In this document: piece by piece, positions 10,425 through 21,379 of the stretch
Position numbering within the stretch: position 1 is the stretch's first letter
Layout of the letters: each line of letters begins with the position of its first letter
Assembly (NCBI GenBank): GCA_963807625.1
Contig: CAWECN010000016.1
Coordinates: forward strand, 69,824-133,823
Direction of reading: 5' to 3'
DNA from: an uncultured Gammaproteobacteria bacterium
GTDB lineage: Bacteria; Pseudomonadota; Gammaproteobacteria; SZUA-229
DNA: 64,000 bases
The notes under the pieces: generated by a model
Told to the model about the DNA's origin: nothing
The model's database searches: none
Seen by the model: the letters and a program-made list of their open reading frames with translations, nothing else
Position numbers and translations under genes: made by a program

Positions 10425-10747
10425 AGTTATTTCCTGGGTTTTTTGTGAGTTATTATAAATTCGCCGTGCAAATTATCTGGTAAGCGCACACTAGTCAATA
10501 GGATAAAGCGTAATTTACTAATTACTGTGGACAGCAAAGGTGCCTCATATTAGTAAATATTAATATTTAGTCGCATTTATCAGGTAAGTTCATGTATAAT
10601 CCGCGTTCAACTTCTGGTGCACTTCGGTCTGCACCTGTATTTTTAGAGCAGTAATCTATTACCGCTTACCCTGGAACTAACACGTTTCCGCCTGGACCGA
10701 CCCAAACTTAAGTGTATTGGGCGGGCCGATCCTTAGAGAATATTACA

Positions 10748-12097
10748 ATGTCATTTGAATCCCTCGGCCTTATGGCTGAATTACTCCGTGCTGTATCTGA
10801 AAAAGGTTATAGCTCTCCCACTCCGATACAGAAACAGGCTATTCCTGTTGTCCTGCAAGGTCGCGACCTGATGGGTGGCGCGCAGACAGGTACCGGTAAA
10901 ACCGCAGGTTTCACCCTGCCCTTGCTACAACGTTTGGTAGAGACTGATGTGCCACGCAAAGGACGCCGTCCACTGCGTGCACTGATACTGACCCCAACCC
11001 GTGAACTGGCAGCACAGGTATCAGATAGTGTCCGTGATTACGGTAAGCACCTGGCATTACGCTCTACAGTCGTATTTGGTGGTGTCAGCATCAACCCACA
11101 GAAGATGAAGCTGATCAAAGGTGTCGATATACTGGTAGCAACTCCAGGGCGACTGCTCGATCATGTCGGACAACGCTCTGTCGATCTTTCACAAGTTGAT
11201 ATCCTGGTGCTCGATGAAGCTGACCGCATGTTAGACATGGGTTTTATTCACGATATCAAAAAAGTGCTGGCGCTGGTTCCTAAGAAGAAGCAGACATTAC
11301 TGTTCTCAGCCACTTTTTCTGATGAAATTAAACAACTTGCCAATGGTTTGCTAAAAGATCCTGTACTCATCGAAGTGGCTCGACAGAACTCAGCAACCGA
11401 TACCGTCACACAGGTCATACACCCCGTCGACAAAAGTCGTAAACGTGAACTACTCTCTTTCCTGATAGGTTCGAACAACTGGCAGCAGGTACTGGTGTTC
11501 AACCGTACCAAACATGGCGCCAATCGACTCGCCGAACAACTGAACAAGGATGGCATTACCGCTGTTGCGATCCATGGTAACAAGAGCCAGGGTGCACGTA
11601 CCCGTGCACTGGCCGATTTTAAAGCCGGCAAAGTGCGTGTACTGGTTGCGACCGACATCGCTGCACGCGGTATCGATATAGATCAGCTTCCGCATGTGGT
11701 GAATTTTGAGTTACCCAATGTTGCGGAAGATTACGTACATCGTATCGGCCGTACCGGTCGTGCCGGCAATGAAGGTGAAGCCATGTCACTGGTCTGCGTC
11801 GATGAGCTGAAACTGCTGAAGGATATCGAGAAACTCATCAAGCGCGAGATCCCTAAAGACGTGATCGAAGGTTATGACCCTGACCCATCGATAAAAGCAG
11901 AGCCCATAAATAAAGGACGAGGTCAGCAACAACAGAAACGAGCTCCTCGTAATAAAGCTGGCAGACCAGGCAAGAATGCCAGGAGAAATGCTACTACTGA
12001 TAATGCTGCGGGAAACAATTCGCCGTCGCCATGGAAAAAACGCACTAACAATAAGAAACGTACGAGTAACCATAATCGTACCAGGGATGCTGCCTAG
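10748..12097 (+). CDS. rhlE: DEAD-box RNA helicase RhlE
   Basis: Q motif, [29 protein letters not shown]; basic tail; ATG start MSFESLGL. Confidence 0.92.
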   Translation: MSFESLGLMAELLRAVSEKGYSSPTPIQKQAIPVVLQGRDLMGGAQTGTGKTAGFTLPLLQRLVETDVPRKGRRPLRALILTPTRELAAQVSDSVRDYGKHLALRSTVVFGGVSINPQKMKLIKGVDILVATPGRLLDHVGQRSVDLSQVDILVLDEADRMLDMGFIHDIKKVLALVPKKKQTLLFSATFSDEIKQLANGLLKDPVLIEVARQNSATDTVTQVIHPVDKSRKRELLSFLIGSNNWQQVLVFNRTKHGANRLAEQLNKDGITAVAIHGNKSQGARTRALADFKAGKVRVLVATDIAARGIDIDQLPHVVNFELPNVAEDYVHRIGRTGRAGNEGEAMSLVCVDELKLLKDIEKLIKREIPKDVIEGYDPDPSIKAEPINKGRGQQQQKRAPRNKAGRPGKNARRNATTDNAAGNNSPSPWKKRTNNKKRTSNHNRTRDAA

Positions 12098-12169
12098 CAG
12101 GATGCCGTGGAATAACGTCCGCAATTAATAAACATCGTATTAAATAAACAATATATTCGGAATAGAACA

Positions 12170-13786
12170 ATGTTAATAACTGCAAATCTAACTATGCAAT
12201 TTGGCCCCAAGCCACTATTTGAAAACGTCTCTGTGAAATTTGGCGAAGGTAATCGTTATGGTCTGATAGGTGCCAATGGCTGCGGTAAATCGACCTTCAT
12301 GAAAATCCTGGGTAGTGACCTTGAGCCGACTGCTGGTAATGTGTCAAAGGACCCGAACGAACGTATCGGCAAGTTGAAACAGGATCAGTTCGCGTATGAA
12401 GAATTCAACGTCATCGACACTGTTCTCATGGGGCACGAAGAATTATGGGCGGTCAAATCTGAAAAAGATGCGATCTACGCAAATCCCGAGATGAGCGAAG
12501 AAGATGGTATACGTGCCGGTGACCTGGAAGCTGAATTTGCTGAGATGGACGGTTACTCTGCAGAAGCACGTGCCGGTGAATTGTTACTGGGTGTTGGTAT
12601 TCCGATCGAGCAGCACTATGGTCCGATGAGCGAAGTTGCACCGGGCTGGAAGCTACGTGTCCTGCTGGCACAGGTACTGTTCTCCGAACCTGACATCATG
12701 TTGTTAGACGAGCCGACCAATAACCTTGATATCAATACTATCCGCTGGCTGGAAGACACCTTGAATGCCCGTAACTGTACCATGATCATCATCTCGCATG
12801 ACCGTCACTTCCTGAACAGTGTCTGCACGCACATGGCTGACCTGGATTATGGTGAAGTACGTATCTACCCGGGTTCGTATGATGAATACATGACAGCTGC
12901 AACACAGGTTAAAGAACGTCTGCAGTCTGAAAATGCCAAGAAGAAAGCACAGATCGCCGAACTGAAAAGTTTTGTTAGCCGCTTCTCTGCAAACGCATCA
13001 AAATCCAAGCAGGCTACTTCCCGTGCGAAACAGATCGACAAGATACAACTGGCAGAAGTGAAACCATCAAGTCGGCAAAACCCTTACATCATTTTTGAAG
13101 AAGAGAAAAAACTGCATCGACTGGCACTTGAAGTTGAAGGCCTGACAAAGGGATATGATGATGGTGATTATCTATTCGCAAATCTCGATATGATGGTCGA
13201 GGTCGGTGAGCGTATCGCTATCATCGGCCCTAACGGTATCGGTAAAACAACATTATTGAGATGTCTTTATGGAGATCTGGAACCTTCTGCGGGTACAGTT
13301 AAATGGTCTGAGAACTCGCAGCTAGGTTATTATGCACAGGATCACGCCTCTGACTTCAAAGAAGATAAAACATTGATCGACTGGATGAGTTATTGGGGCA
13401 AAGATAGCGATGACGAACAGTCTATCCGAGGTACACTTGGACGTCTGCTGTTCTCATCTGATGATATCAACAAAAAAGTCAGCGTTATCTCAGGTGGTGA
13501 ACAGGGACGTATGCTGTTTGGCAAGCTGATGTTACAGAAAAACAATATCCTGCTGATGGATGAGCCGACTAACCATCTCGATATGGAGTCCATCGAATCC
13601 CTGAACCTGGCACTGGAAAATTATCCAGGCACCCTGTTCTTCGTCAGTCATGACCGTGAATTCGTATCGTCATTGGCTACACGGGTCATCGAAATGACAC
13701 CAAAAGGTCTTGTTGATTTCCGTGGTACTTATGAAGAATACCTGGCTAGCCAGGAATTAGATCAAGGGAAACGCAAGGCATCATAG
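12170..13786 (+). CDS. ybiT: ABC-F family ATPase YbiT-like
   Basis: Two ABC domains ([23 protein letters not shown]); [18 protein letters not shown] linker. Confidence 0.9.
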   Translation: MLITANLTMQFGPKPLFENVSVKFGEGNRYGLIGANGCGKSTFMKILGSDLEPTAGNVSKDPNERIGKLKQDQFAYEEFNVIDTVLMGHEELWAVKSEKDAIYANPEMSEEDGIRAGDLEAEFAEMDGYSAEARAGELLLGVGIPIEQHYGPMSEVAPGWKLRVLLAQVLFSEPDIMLLDEPTNNLDINTIRWLEDTLNARNCTMIIISHDRHFLNSVCTHMADLDYGEVRIYPGSYDEYMTAATQVKERLQSENAKKKAQIAELKSFVSRFSANASKSKQATSRAKQIDKIQLAEVKPSSRQNPYIIFEEEKKLHRLALEVEGLTKGYDDGDYLFANLDMMVEVGERIAIIGPNGIGKTTLLRCLYGDLEPSAGTVKWSENSQLGYYAQDHASDFKEDKTLIDWMSYWGKDSDDEQSIRGTLGRLLFSSDDINKKVSVISGGEQGRMLFGKLMLQKNNILLMDEPTNHLDMESIESLNLALENYPGTLFFVSHDREFVSSLATRVIEMTPKGLVDFRGTYEEYLASQELDQGKRKAS

Positions 13787-13801
13787 AAATATTTATCGTG
13801 G

Positions 13802-13836
13802 AAAAAAAACGGCAACCATAATGGTTGCCGTTTTTG
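13802..13836. terminator. Bidirectional intrinsic terminator
   Basis: aaaaaaaacggcaacc-ataat-ggttgccgttttt between convergent genes. Confidence 0.85.
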
Positions 13837-13864
13837 TTTATGGCCCTTTGAAATACAGTAGAAC

Positions 13865-14341
13865 CTATGTACCTTGCGGTATTATTGGTGCTGGTGCTGG
13901 TGCTGGTAGTGGAGCGTTCTGCTGACTACCCTGGCCACCACTTCCCATACCACGGCCATTACGATAACGGTACTGATGCTGGTATTGGTACTGGTTAGGA
14001 TTACCCTGGTTACCTGCGCCACTTCCTTGACCACCCTGTCCGTAACCGCCCTGGCCGCCTTGACCACCGCGACCATAACCCTGACCACCTTGACCACCTT
14101 GACCACCACGACTATAACCCTGACCGCCCTGGCCACCTTGACCACCGCGAGCATAACCCTGACCGTATCGATCCTGTCCGCCACGGTCGTAACTTTGGCC
14201 ACCCTGCCCATAACCACCCTGGCTGCCTTTGTTATAGCCACCACCTTGACCACCACCGCCTTTAGCAAATACGTTTGATGCAGCTGCAACGGCTACTGAC
14301 AGAAAAATGCTACCAATGGCGGTTTTAATTTTTGAATTCAT
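13865..14341 (-). CDS. Secreted Gly/Gln-rich repeat protein (paralog A)
   Basis: AGGAG RBS; signal peptide ending VFA-K; GGQGGQG(Y) repeats; QYQYQHQY; APAPAP tail. Confidence 0.8.
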   Translation of the reverse strand: MNSKIKTAIGSIFLSVAVAAASNVFAKGGGGQGGGYNKGSQGGYGQGGQSYDRGGQDRYGQGYARGGQGGQGGQGYSRGGQGGQGGQGYGRGGQGGQGGYGQGGQGSGAGNQGNPNQYQYQHQYRYRNGRGMGSGGQGSQQNAPLPAPAPAPIIPQGT

Positions 14342-14542
14342 GATTTAGAACTCCTGTGTTATGTTTTCAAAATGAACATGATTTGTCATAAGCAACCCTG
14401 AAGCCATAAATAAAGCCTGCGCGCCTACGTAATGTTTTTTAGTGTAACAATATGTTGAAACAGTCGCATTGATCAATATCATATTTATATATTCTGTATA
14501 ATCCGAAACTTACAGGATTAACTGTAGGTTTGGATTCCATCC

Positions 14543-15016
14543 ATGAGAAAAATTGCCATTTTCGTCGATGTACAAAATATTTATTACACAACTCGTGATA
14601 TGTATAGTCGTCAGTTTGATTACAGAAAATTTTGGACACGATTATCCAAACAGGGCGAAATCATTATCGCCAATGCTTATGCTATCCAACGCGATGATGA
14701 TCGACAAAAGAAGTTTCAGGATGCTCTCAGACATATCGGCTTTACCATAAAACTTAAGCCTTACATACAGCGCAGTGACGGTTCAGCAAAAGGTGACTGG
14801 GATGTCGGTATTACCATCGATGTAATGGAGGCTGCCAGAGATGTTGATACGGTGGTATTACTCTCTGGTGATGGAGACTTCGACCTGTTACTCGATAAAA
14901 TAAATAATGATTACGGTATCAATACAGAAGTATACGGTGTACCGGCACTGACTGCGAACTCACTTATCGAGGCCGCAGGACGGTATCACCGTATAGATGA
15001 AGAATTATTGTTATAG
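14543..15016 (+). CDS. NYN/LabA-DUF88 PIN-fold protein
   Basis: IFVDVQN, KGDWDVGITID, LSGDGDF acidic motifs. Confidence 0.88.
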   Translation: MRKIAIFVDVQNIYYTTRDMYSRQFDYRKFWTRLSKQGEIIIANAYAIQRDDDRQKKFQDALRHIGFTIKLKPYIQRSDGSAKGDWDVGITIDVMEAARDVDTVVLLSGDGDFDLLLDKINNDYGINTEVYGVPALTANSLIEAAGRYHRIDEELLL

Positions 15017-15034
15017 CTGCCGGGTTATAAGCTA

Positions 15035-15674
15035 CTACGGGGCAAGTCGATTATTTGACCACTCACCAGCCTCATCTCTACGGTAAATAAAGCGGTCATG
15101 CAGTCGACTCTCTCTTGCCTGCCAGAACTCTATCGTCTTCGGCGTGACACGATACCCTCCCCAGAATGGCGGTAGCGGAACTTCCTGGTTTTCATATTTC
15201 TGCTTCATCTTGTCGACCATCGACTCCAGGATAGAGCGGGAATTAATCATCTGACTCTGATGTGATGCCCAGGCACCGATCTGGCTGCCACGTGGCCTTG
15301 TAACAAAATATTTTAGTGACTCAGCAGTCGATATCTTTTCTGCCTGGCCGGTTATCTTTACCTGACGACCGAGGATGTGCCAGGGAAATAACAGGCTGAC
15401 GTTTGCATTAACAGCATATCTGGCCTGCTTTTCGACTCTCGTAATTTGTAAAAAAGACGAAACCATTCTCATCGAACAGTTTTAACAAAACGATGCGTTG
15501 CCATGGCTGGCCGTCTTCATCGACCGTAGCAAGTGACATGGCACCAGGTTCATGTACCTCGGCATCTATTATCTCTGCATACCACTGTTCAAACTGCTGT
15601 ACCGGGTCTGCAGCCATATCATCGTGGTTGATGCCCTTGTCCATTAAACGTTGGCGTAATTCGTCTTTATTCAT
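15035..15674 (-). pseudogene. pdxH: Pyridoxamine 5'-phosphate oxidase, frameshifted near 15415
   Basis: N-half ([22 protein letters not shown]) and C-half ([33 protein letters not shown]) in different frames; removing one base restores the frame. Confidence 0.85.
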
Positions 15675-15788
15675 AATGTGAATAGTGTATTTCTAATTTG
15701 TTAACTGATATTTAATTCATATCAATTTTTACACAATTATCTCGGATCAGATACGTCGTTAAGTTATTTATCTTCAAATAGTTTATTC

Positions 15789-15805
15789 GTTCAGCTTTCA
15801 TTCAG
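15789..15805 (+). promoter_or_regulatory. PhoP/OmpR-type direct repeat box
   Basis: GTTCAG-N5-ATTCAG about 70 nt upstream of the His-rich gene. Confidence 0.6.
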
Positions 15806-15872
15806 CCAGCAGGCGATAAATTACAGTCATCGGGAAACAACCCGGTTTAATGAAACTATCTGGAGATTAACA

Positions 15873-16319
15873 ATGAATATTAGATCTACGATTAAAAGCT
15901 TGCCTGTAATCGGTATCCTGGCATTAGGGCTCGCTCTTTCATCTAATGCTGCGATGGCTGATAAAGGTGACCGAGATGGGCATAAAGGTAATATTACACA
16001 GCAATTTTCTCATCAGGCTGATAAATCACATAACAATACAGGTAAATATACTAAACGATATAAAGAGCATAGGTATAACAGAAATGACCACAGAAAAGGA
16101 CACAAGGATCGAAGTCGCAAGTACTACAGCAGCCATAATGGCCATAAACACAAAAGCCATAATAATCATGCGCACCGGGACAACCATAGACACGGCTATA
16201 GAGGACATTCGCATAGTCACAATGTCGTGAATCATCATGATCATTATGTCGGCTTTGATGACCTTCGCTTCATGGTTGGCCTTCATACTGATAGATTCGA
16301 TATCATCTTACGTGACTAG
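15873..16319 (+). CDS. Secreted His-rich protein
   Basis: GGAG RBS; signal peptide ending AMA; His/Arg/Lys-rich mature part. Confidence 0.8.
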   Translation: MNIRSTIKSLPVIGILALGLALSSNAAMADKGDRDGHKGNITQQFSHQADKSHNNTGKYTKRYKEHRYNRNDHRKGHKDRSRKYYSSHNGHKHKSHNNHAHRDNHRHGYRGHSHSHNVVNHHDHYVGFDDLRFMVGLHTDRFDIILRD

Positions 16320-16447
16320 CAGTAACCATACCGGCTGTCGACCTGCTTATTCATGAGGTTCTCAGCCGGTATATGTTTCTGCTTCGATTTTGTGACTCGT
16401 ACTAGTTCAGTGTAAGCTTCACTAGTTGAACTTATATGGCTGTGTAC

Positions 16448-16708
16448 ATGAAAAAAATACTCAAAAATCCCTTACTCGCATTCACATTAGCGCTTACTCT
16501 ATTTTCAGGAGGTGCTGCGCTGGCAGAACCAGAGATCAATGTCAGTAAACAACAGGCAGTCAATATCGCACAGCAGTATTACCCGGGTCGCGTACTCGCA
16601 GTTAAACTCAAAGGTAATATCTACCAGGTGAAGACCCTGAATGATAGTGGTGAAGTTCGCATTATCACTGTTGATGCTGAATCTGGAAAAATCCTCTCCG
16701 AAAGATAA
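16448..16708 (+). CDS. PepSY-domain periplasmic protein
   Basis: Signal peptide; VSKQQAVNIA..PGRVL..YQVK..VDAESGKIL. Confidence 0.85.
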   Translation: MKKILKNPLLAFTLALTLFSGGAALAEPEINVSKQQAVNIAQQYYPGRVLAVKLKGNIYQVKTLNDSGEVRIITVDAESGKILSER

Positions 16709-16709
16709 A

Positions 16710-17393
16710 ATGCGTATCCTTGTAATAGAAGACGAACTGAACCTGCAGGCAGATATCAGGACTGCTCTCGAAGCAGAATCATATTCTGTAGACTGCAGCG
16801 CTGATGGTAATGAAGGCTATTTTTTTGCTACCGAATATCCGCTTGACGCAGCTATCGTCGATATCGGTCTGCCTGGATTAAGTGGTATAGAGATCATCCA
16901 GAAATTACGCGAACAAGGCAGCACGCTTCCGGTACTGATACTGACCGCTCGAAGCCGCTGGCAGGAAAAGGTAGAAGGCCTGGAGGCCGGTGCCGATGAT
17001 TACCTGGTCAAACCTTTCCAGATGGAAGAGCTGCTAGCCAGGGTAAAAGCCCTGTTACGTCGCGCTACGGGTTCACCGACCAGCGAGCTACAATGCGGTC
17101 CTGTTTCACTGAACCTGGGCACCCAGCAGGTACTGCTGAACGATGAAATAGTTGAAGCTACTGCCTTTGAATATCGTATGCTGGAATACCTGATGCGCCA
17201 TTCGAACGAAGCCGTATCGAAGGCTCGGCTTTCAGACTACCTTTACCCGCATGATGATGATCGGGACAGCAATGTAATAGAAGTTCTGATAGGAAGGTTG
17301 CGAAAGAAACTGGATCCCGAGGGGACACTCAAACCGATAGAAACCTTACGTAATCGCGGTTATCGTTTTACCCTGTGCGATAGCCGTAGTTAG
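16710..17393 (+). CDS. OmpR/PhoP-family response regulator
   Basis: MRILVIEDE, VDIGLPG, LTARSRWQEKVEGLEAGADDYLVKPF, winged-helix ETLRNRGYRF. Confidence 0.92.
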   Translation: MRILVIEDELNLQADIRTALEAESYSVDCSADGNEGYFFATEYPLDAAIVDIGLPGLSGIEIIQKLREQGSTLPVLILTARSRWQEKVEGLEAGADDYLVKPFQMEELLARVKALLRRATGSPTSELQCGPVSLNLGTQQVLLNDEIVEATAFEYRMLEYLMRHSNEAVSKARLSDYLYPHDDDRDSNVIEVLIGRLRKKLDPEGTLKPIETLRNRGYRFTLCDSRS

Positions 17394-17416
17394 CAAGCTT
17401 ATACGAACTCGATCAA

Positions 17417-18736
17417 ATGTCTCTCAATCTTCGAATTATCCTGAGTGCGACACTGGTACTGGTGATCTTTATCAGTCTGACAGCCGTCACGCTGGAACGA
17501 GCTTATGTCGATAGCAGTGAAAGCGCTCTGCGTGACAAGTTGACCAGCCAGCTATATGCCTTGATGGCTGCTGCCGATGTCGATGATAACGGAGTGAGCA
17601 TGCCTTCCAGTGAGCTTGACGCCCTGCTCGGTCTACCTAGTTCCGGCGTATATGCATACGTGACCGATCAGGATGGTAATGCAATGTGGAGCTCATCTTC
17701 TGTTCTCGGTGCAAAACTACCAAAGCCGATAGCACTACAGAGCGGTAAGCAGCGTTTTATCAAAACGACTGTCGATGCAGTGGAGTTCTACAGTTTTGTC
17801 TATGGCGTCAGCTGGGCGACGGATAACAGGGACCTGGCACTGACATTCAATATCGTCACTGACCTGCAATCGTTCGATAGACAGCTTACAGAATATCGTA
17901 CCACACTGCTTTCCTGGCTCGTGGCCATGGCAGTATTACTGCTAGTCACCCAGGCCGTGATCTTACGCTGGGGCTTATCTCCCTTGCGTAAGGTCGGCAG
18001 AGAATTAAGCCTTATCGAGAGCGGCGAGCAGCAGCAGATAAAAGAAGATTACCCACAGGAGATCGAACGTCTGACCGATAACATCAATATCCTGTTACAG
18101 CAGGAGCGCGATCAGAAGACACGTTACCGGAATGCACTCGGAGACCTGGCGCATAGCCTTAAGACTCCACTCGCTGTTTTGCAGAGCGCTTTAGCCAGTC
18201 ATAAAGACAATAAATCAGATGATTCGATGCAGGAGCAGATAACCCGCATGAACTCGATCGTCGAGTACCAGTTGCAACGTGCAGCAACAGCGGGAGCTGC
18301 CAGCATTGGAAAATCTGTCGATGTTAGCTGCATTATCGAACGCATCCTGAAGTCATTACATAAGGTCCACCAGGATAAGTCGATCAATGTCACGATAAAT
18401 ATCGAAAAGGATACGATCTTCAAAGGTGATGAAGGTGACCTGATGGAAGTCCTGGGTAACCTTCTTGAGAATGCATTTAAATGGACTGAACACCAGATCG
18501 AGATAAGGGCTTCCAGCGATGAGGGGAAGTGTCATATTAGTATCAGTGATGATGGTCCCGGGGTGGCTCAGAGCAAAATCGATGATATCCTCAAACGTGG
18601 CGTGCGTGCGGACCAGTCGATAGCAGGCCATGGCATCGGCCTTTCCATCGTGCAGAATATTGTCGACGCATATCATGGCAGTTTAAAGATGACGAAAAGC
18701 CAGTCTGGTGGTGCCGAAGTACATATCGTACTGTAA
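17417..18736 (+). CDS. PhoQ-like sensor histidine kinase
   Basis: 2 TM, HAMP, DLAHSLKTPL H-box, GNLLENAFK, DDGPG, GHGIGL. Confidence 0.92.
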   Translation: MSLNLRIILSATLVLVIFISLTAVTLERAYVDSSESALRDKLTSQLYALMAAADVDDNGVSMPSSELDALLGLPSSGVYAYVTDQDGNAMWSSSSVLGAKLPKPIALQSGKQRFIKTTVDAVEFYSFVYGVSWATDNRDLALTFNIVTDLQSFDRQLTEYRTTLLSWLVAMAVLLLVTQAVILRWGLSPLRKVGRELSLIESGEQQQIKEDYPQEIERLTDNINILLQQERDQKTRYRNALGDLAHSLKTPLAVLQSALASHKDNKSDDSMQEQITRMNSIVEYQLQRAATAGAASIGKSVDVSCIIERILKSLHKVHQDKSINVTINIEKDTIFKGDEGDLMEVLGNLLENAFKWTEHQIEIRASSDEGKCHISISDDGPGVAQSKIDDILKRGVRADQSIAGHGIGLSIVQNIVDAYHGSLKMTKSQSGGAEVHIVL

Positions 18737-18764
18737 TAATAAATCTAACGATCTCCGTCGTTTT

Positions 18765-18781
18765 GTTCAGCAGCTGTTCAG
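18765..18781 (+). promoter_or_regulatory. PhoP/OmpR-type direct repeat box
   Basis: GTTCAG-N5-GTTCAG about 60 nt upstream of 18844. Confidence 0.6.
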
Positions 18782-18843
18782 CTGCATGATGATGTAATAG
18801 TCCCGTGTTTTGAATACTTTGTTTAACAATACGGGAGACGTCG

Positions 18844-19629
18844 ATGTCATCAACAGCAATCAAAAAACAGGTTCTATCTTTAACTACATGCGCTGCACTA
18901 GTATTGCTAACTACTCCAGTAATGGCTGAAGAAAGTGGAGAGTTACGTAGCACCAGATCGGTGACTTTCAGCAAAGACGCAGAACTCGATGTAGCCTCAA
19001 AAGACGTGCTGTTAAAACAGGCTGATATAGAAAACCTTCCAGCACTTAAAAGCCAGGGCTTTCGCGAGGAATCAACGGTGATGGCCGCACATATTATAAC
19101 CACTGAATATAGCAGTCATGGTGACGTGGCCGTTTACGATGTGTCGACTGAGCTGATCAGTGACTTTGATTATGACGGTTATTTTCACCGTTATAGTGTT
19201 GCTATCGATGCCGATACGATCTTTGATACTTCATTCATCTATGCAAGGTTATATCTTAGTTATGAAGGTGGCCCATGGAATTATTATGCCAGCAGTGATA
19301 ATTATCATATCCACGGTGATAGCGAGATGGATACTTTTATCATCGAAACAGAGCTGGCTGATGGCTACCCTGCTGGTTACTACGATCTACGAATCGAGAT
19401 CTACGATGCAGAAACAGATGTCTGGCTGACCAGTTACGGTCCTTACGATGATGCATCGTTAAGCGCTTTACCATTGGAGGACAGCTATGATGATAGCCCT
19501 CGTGAGATTGCCTGGTACCCTGTTGAGACGGAAATCGTCGTTGCAGCACATGGCGGTTCGATGAGCTGGTTGATAATCACATTGCCAGTCTTGATTGTAG
19601 TCATGAGGGTATTCACCCTCCATCGATGA
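18844..19629 (+). CDS. Choice-of-anchor H-like secreted protein with GlyGly-CTERM sorting signal
   Basis: Signal peptide; DFDYDGYFH..DADT; LPLED; C-terminal HGGSMSW + hydrophobic helix + basic residues. Confidence 0.75.
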   Translation: MSSTAIKKQVLSLTTCAALVLLTTPVMAEESGELRSTRSVTFSKDAELDVASKDVLLKQADIENLPALKSQGFREESTVMAAHIITTEYSSHGDVAVYDVSTELISDFDYDGYFHRYSVAIDADTIFDTSFIYARLYLSYEGGPWNYYASSDNYHIHGDSEMDTFIIETELADGYPAGYYDLRIEIYDAETDVWLTSYGPYDDASLSALPLEDSYDDSPREIAWYPVETEIVVAAHGGSMSWLIITLPVLIVVMRVFTLHR

Positions 19630-19726
19630 GCTGCTGGATCCTGAGAGCGAACGATGACATCTAAACATGCAGGTATGGACGAGACAGTTATCTGGTTTTC
19701 GAATACTATTACTCGTAATATAGATA

Positions 19727-20314
19727 TCAGTCTGCGTTCTTACCCGTGATACCTGCTGTCAGAGCGAAGCGCATGGCTTCTTCCATAGTCATTTTTACAG
19801 GTCGTACGTGTTCGCGCGGGATGAATACGGTAAAACCACCGATCATATAACTCATAGGAAGGTAGACAAGGACTTTATCCTGCTCGCGAAATGATTCTGG
19901 TAATTTTTTCTCATCTGTCTGAGTGACGAAACCGATCATCTCCGCACCGTTATAGGTTACAGCGACCACTTCACCAAGCCCCTGTTCTTTCGGAGTAAAG
20001 AAATCGAAAAGGTCACGCATCGCGCGATACACGGTTTTTATCAACGGTAACTGGTACAGGATTTTTTCACCGAACGAAAAAATCTGACGGATCAGGATGG
20101 CCTTCATCAGTAGGCCGACGACAAATACTACGATGAGACCCGCGATCATCCCCAGTCCGGGGAAATAGGTCGCATTGGGTAATACCCAGCGCAGTGCAGT
20201 GCCCATGACGTTTTCTGATGACACGGCCAGCCAGTACAACAGGTAGATGGTCAGTATCACCGGTAATAATGTGATAAAGCCTGTGAGCAAAATTTTAGTG
20301 ATTGATTTGATCAT
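19727..20314 (-). CDS. DUF502 membrane protein
   Basis: LTGFITLLPVILT, LPLIKTVY, VYLPMS, MEEAMRFALTAG. Confidence 0.82.
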   Translation of the reverse strand: MIKSITKILLTGFITLLPVILTIYLLYWLAVSSENVMGTALRWVLPNATYFPGLGMIAGLIVVFVVGLLMKAILIRQIFSFGEKILYQLPLIKTVYRAMRDLFDFFTPKEQGLGEVVAVTYNGAEMIGFVTQTDEKKLPESFREQDKVLVYLPMSYMIGGFTVFIPREHVRPVKMTMEEAMRFALTAGITGKNAD

Positions 20315-20401
20315 GAGAACACCATAAATCGTGATTTTTAGTTAGTGAGCGTATTATAAGTTCTAATACAGGAGAATCTACCGTAGAGAATGACCGGTGA
20401 T

Positions 20402-21265
20402 TCATGGCCTGTTTTTTTCCAGAAGCCTGAAGATCACATCTACCGTTATTTCGATAGCTGACAGTTCACATGCTGCTTCCCTGCCTTCTTTAGATGCACG
20501 GTAAAAATGCGGTGTCATGATGAGTAAATCATTAATTGACGCATTATCAGATATCTTTGTTTTGAACTGAAGTTTTTCACTATCGATCTGCTGAAAATCA
20601 TTATTTACTGCATGGAAAGTTTCAACTGTATCTGCTTTTTTAATCTCAGGATAGATGATCTGTCTCAGCTCTTTAAGATGCTCAGGTCCAGGATCGACGA
20701 GTATGATCCTGCCCCCGGGTTTTAATACCTTGTTAAATCCATCAGCACTGAAGAAACCAAATAGACATAAGATGATATCGACGCTCTCATCACGTATAGG
20801 CGGTTGTCTGTTCGTGCCGACGATCCAGCTGATCTGTTTATTTCGCTTCGTTGACTGGATGATGGCGTCTTTCGAGATATCCAGCCCGATGAATGACAGC
20901 TTAGTCGCTGCCGGCTTCATCGTCAGCGAGTTATAGAGAAAGTCAAAATAATATCCTTCACCACAACCAGCATCGAGCAGGCAGACCTCGTTTTTATCGC
21001 AGATCTGTGTATAAACAGTCTCGGATAATCTTTCAGCGATTGGCTGATAGATACCGCTGTCCAGGAACCGACTCCTGGCGACCACCATGGCTTTGCTGTC
21101 CCCGGGTTGCTTTGATCGTTTATGTTGCACCGGCAGCAGGTTGACATAACCCTGCCGCGCCAGATCAAAAGTATGGCCGTTATTACAGGTGAGTTGCTTG
21201 CCGGATGATTCCAGGGCATCACCGTCGATCGGACAAGCGAGATTCTGTACTTCAATGATGTTCAT
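20402..21265 (-). CDS. RlmA-like rRNA guanine-N1 methyltransferase
   Basis: N-terminal Zn-finger-like CP..C.NGHTFD.ARQGYVNLL; LDAGCGEG; MTPHFY. Confidence 0.85.
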   Translation of the reverse strand: MNIIEVQNLACPIDGDALESSGKQLTCNNGHTFDLARQGYVNLLPVQHKRSKQPGDSKAMVVARSRFLDSGIYQPIAERLSETVYTQICDKNEVCLLDAGCGEGYYFDFLYNSLTMKPAATKLSFIGLDISKDAIIQSTKRNKQISWIVGTNRQPPIRDESVDIILCLFGFFSADGFNKVLKPGGRIILVDPGPEHLKELRQIIYPEIKKADTVETFHAVNNDFQQIDSEKLQFKTKISDNASINDLLIMTPHFYRASKEGREAACELSAIEITVDVIFRLLEKNRP

Positions 21266-21379
21266 GCGTGTTAGGTAATCAGGTTAATTTTTTTTGTTTA
21301 ACTATGTTGTTGCGATAGTAAAAGATAATCTTTATTAAACCATGGATATAGTGACCTGTGCTGTATAAGATTCGCACCT

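Noticed and set aside
13976-14289. Alternative-frame ORFs (Val-rich, Thr/Leu-rich) and 9-bp accaccttg repeats; possible array
   Set aside because: Shadows of the GGQ-coding repeats of 13865..14341; no spacer structure, so not CRISPR
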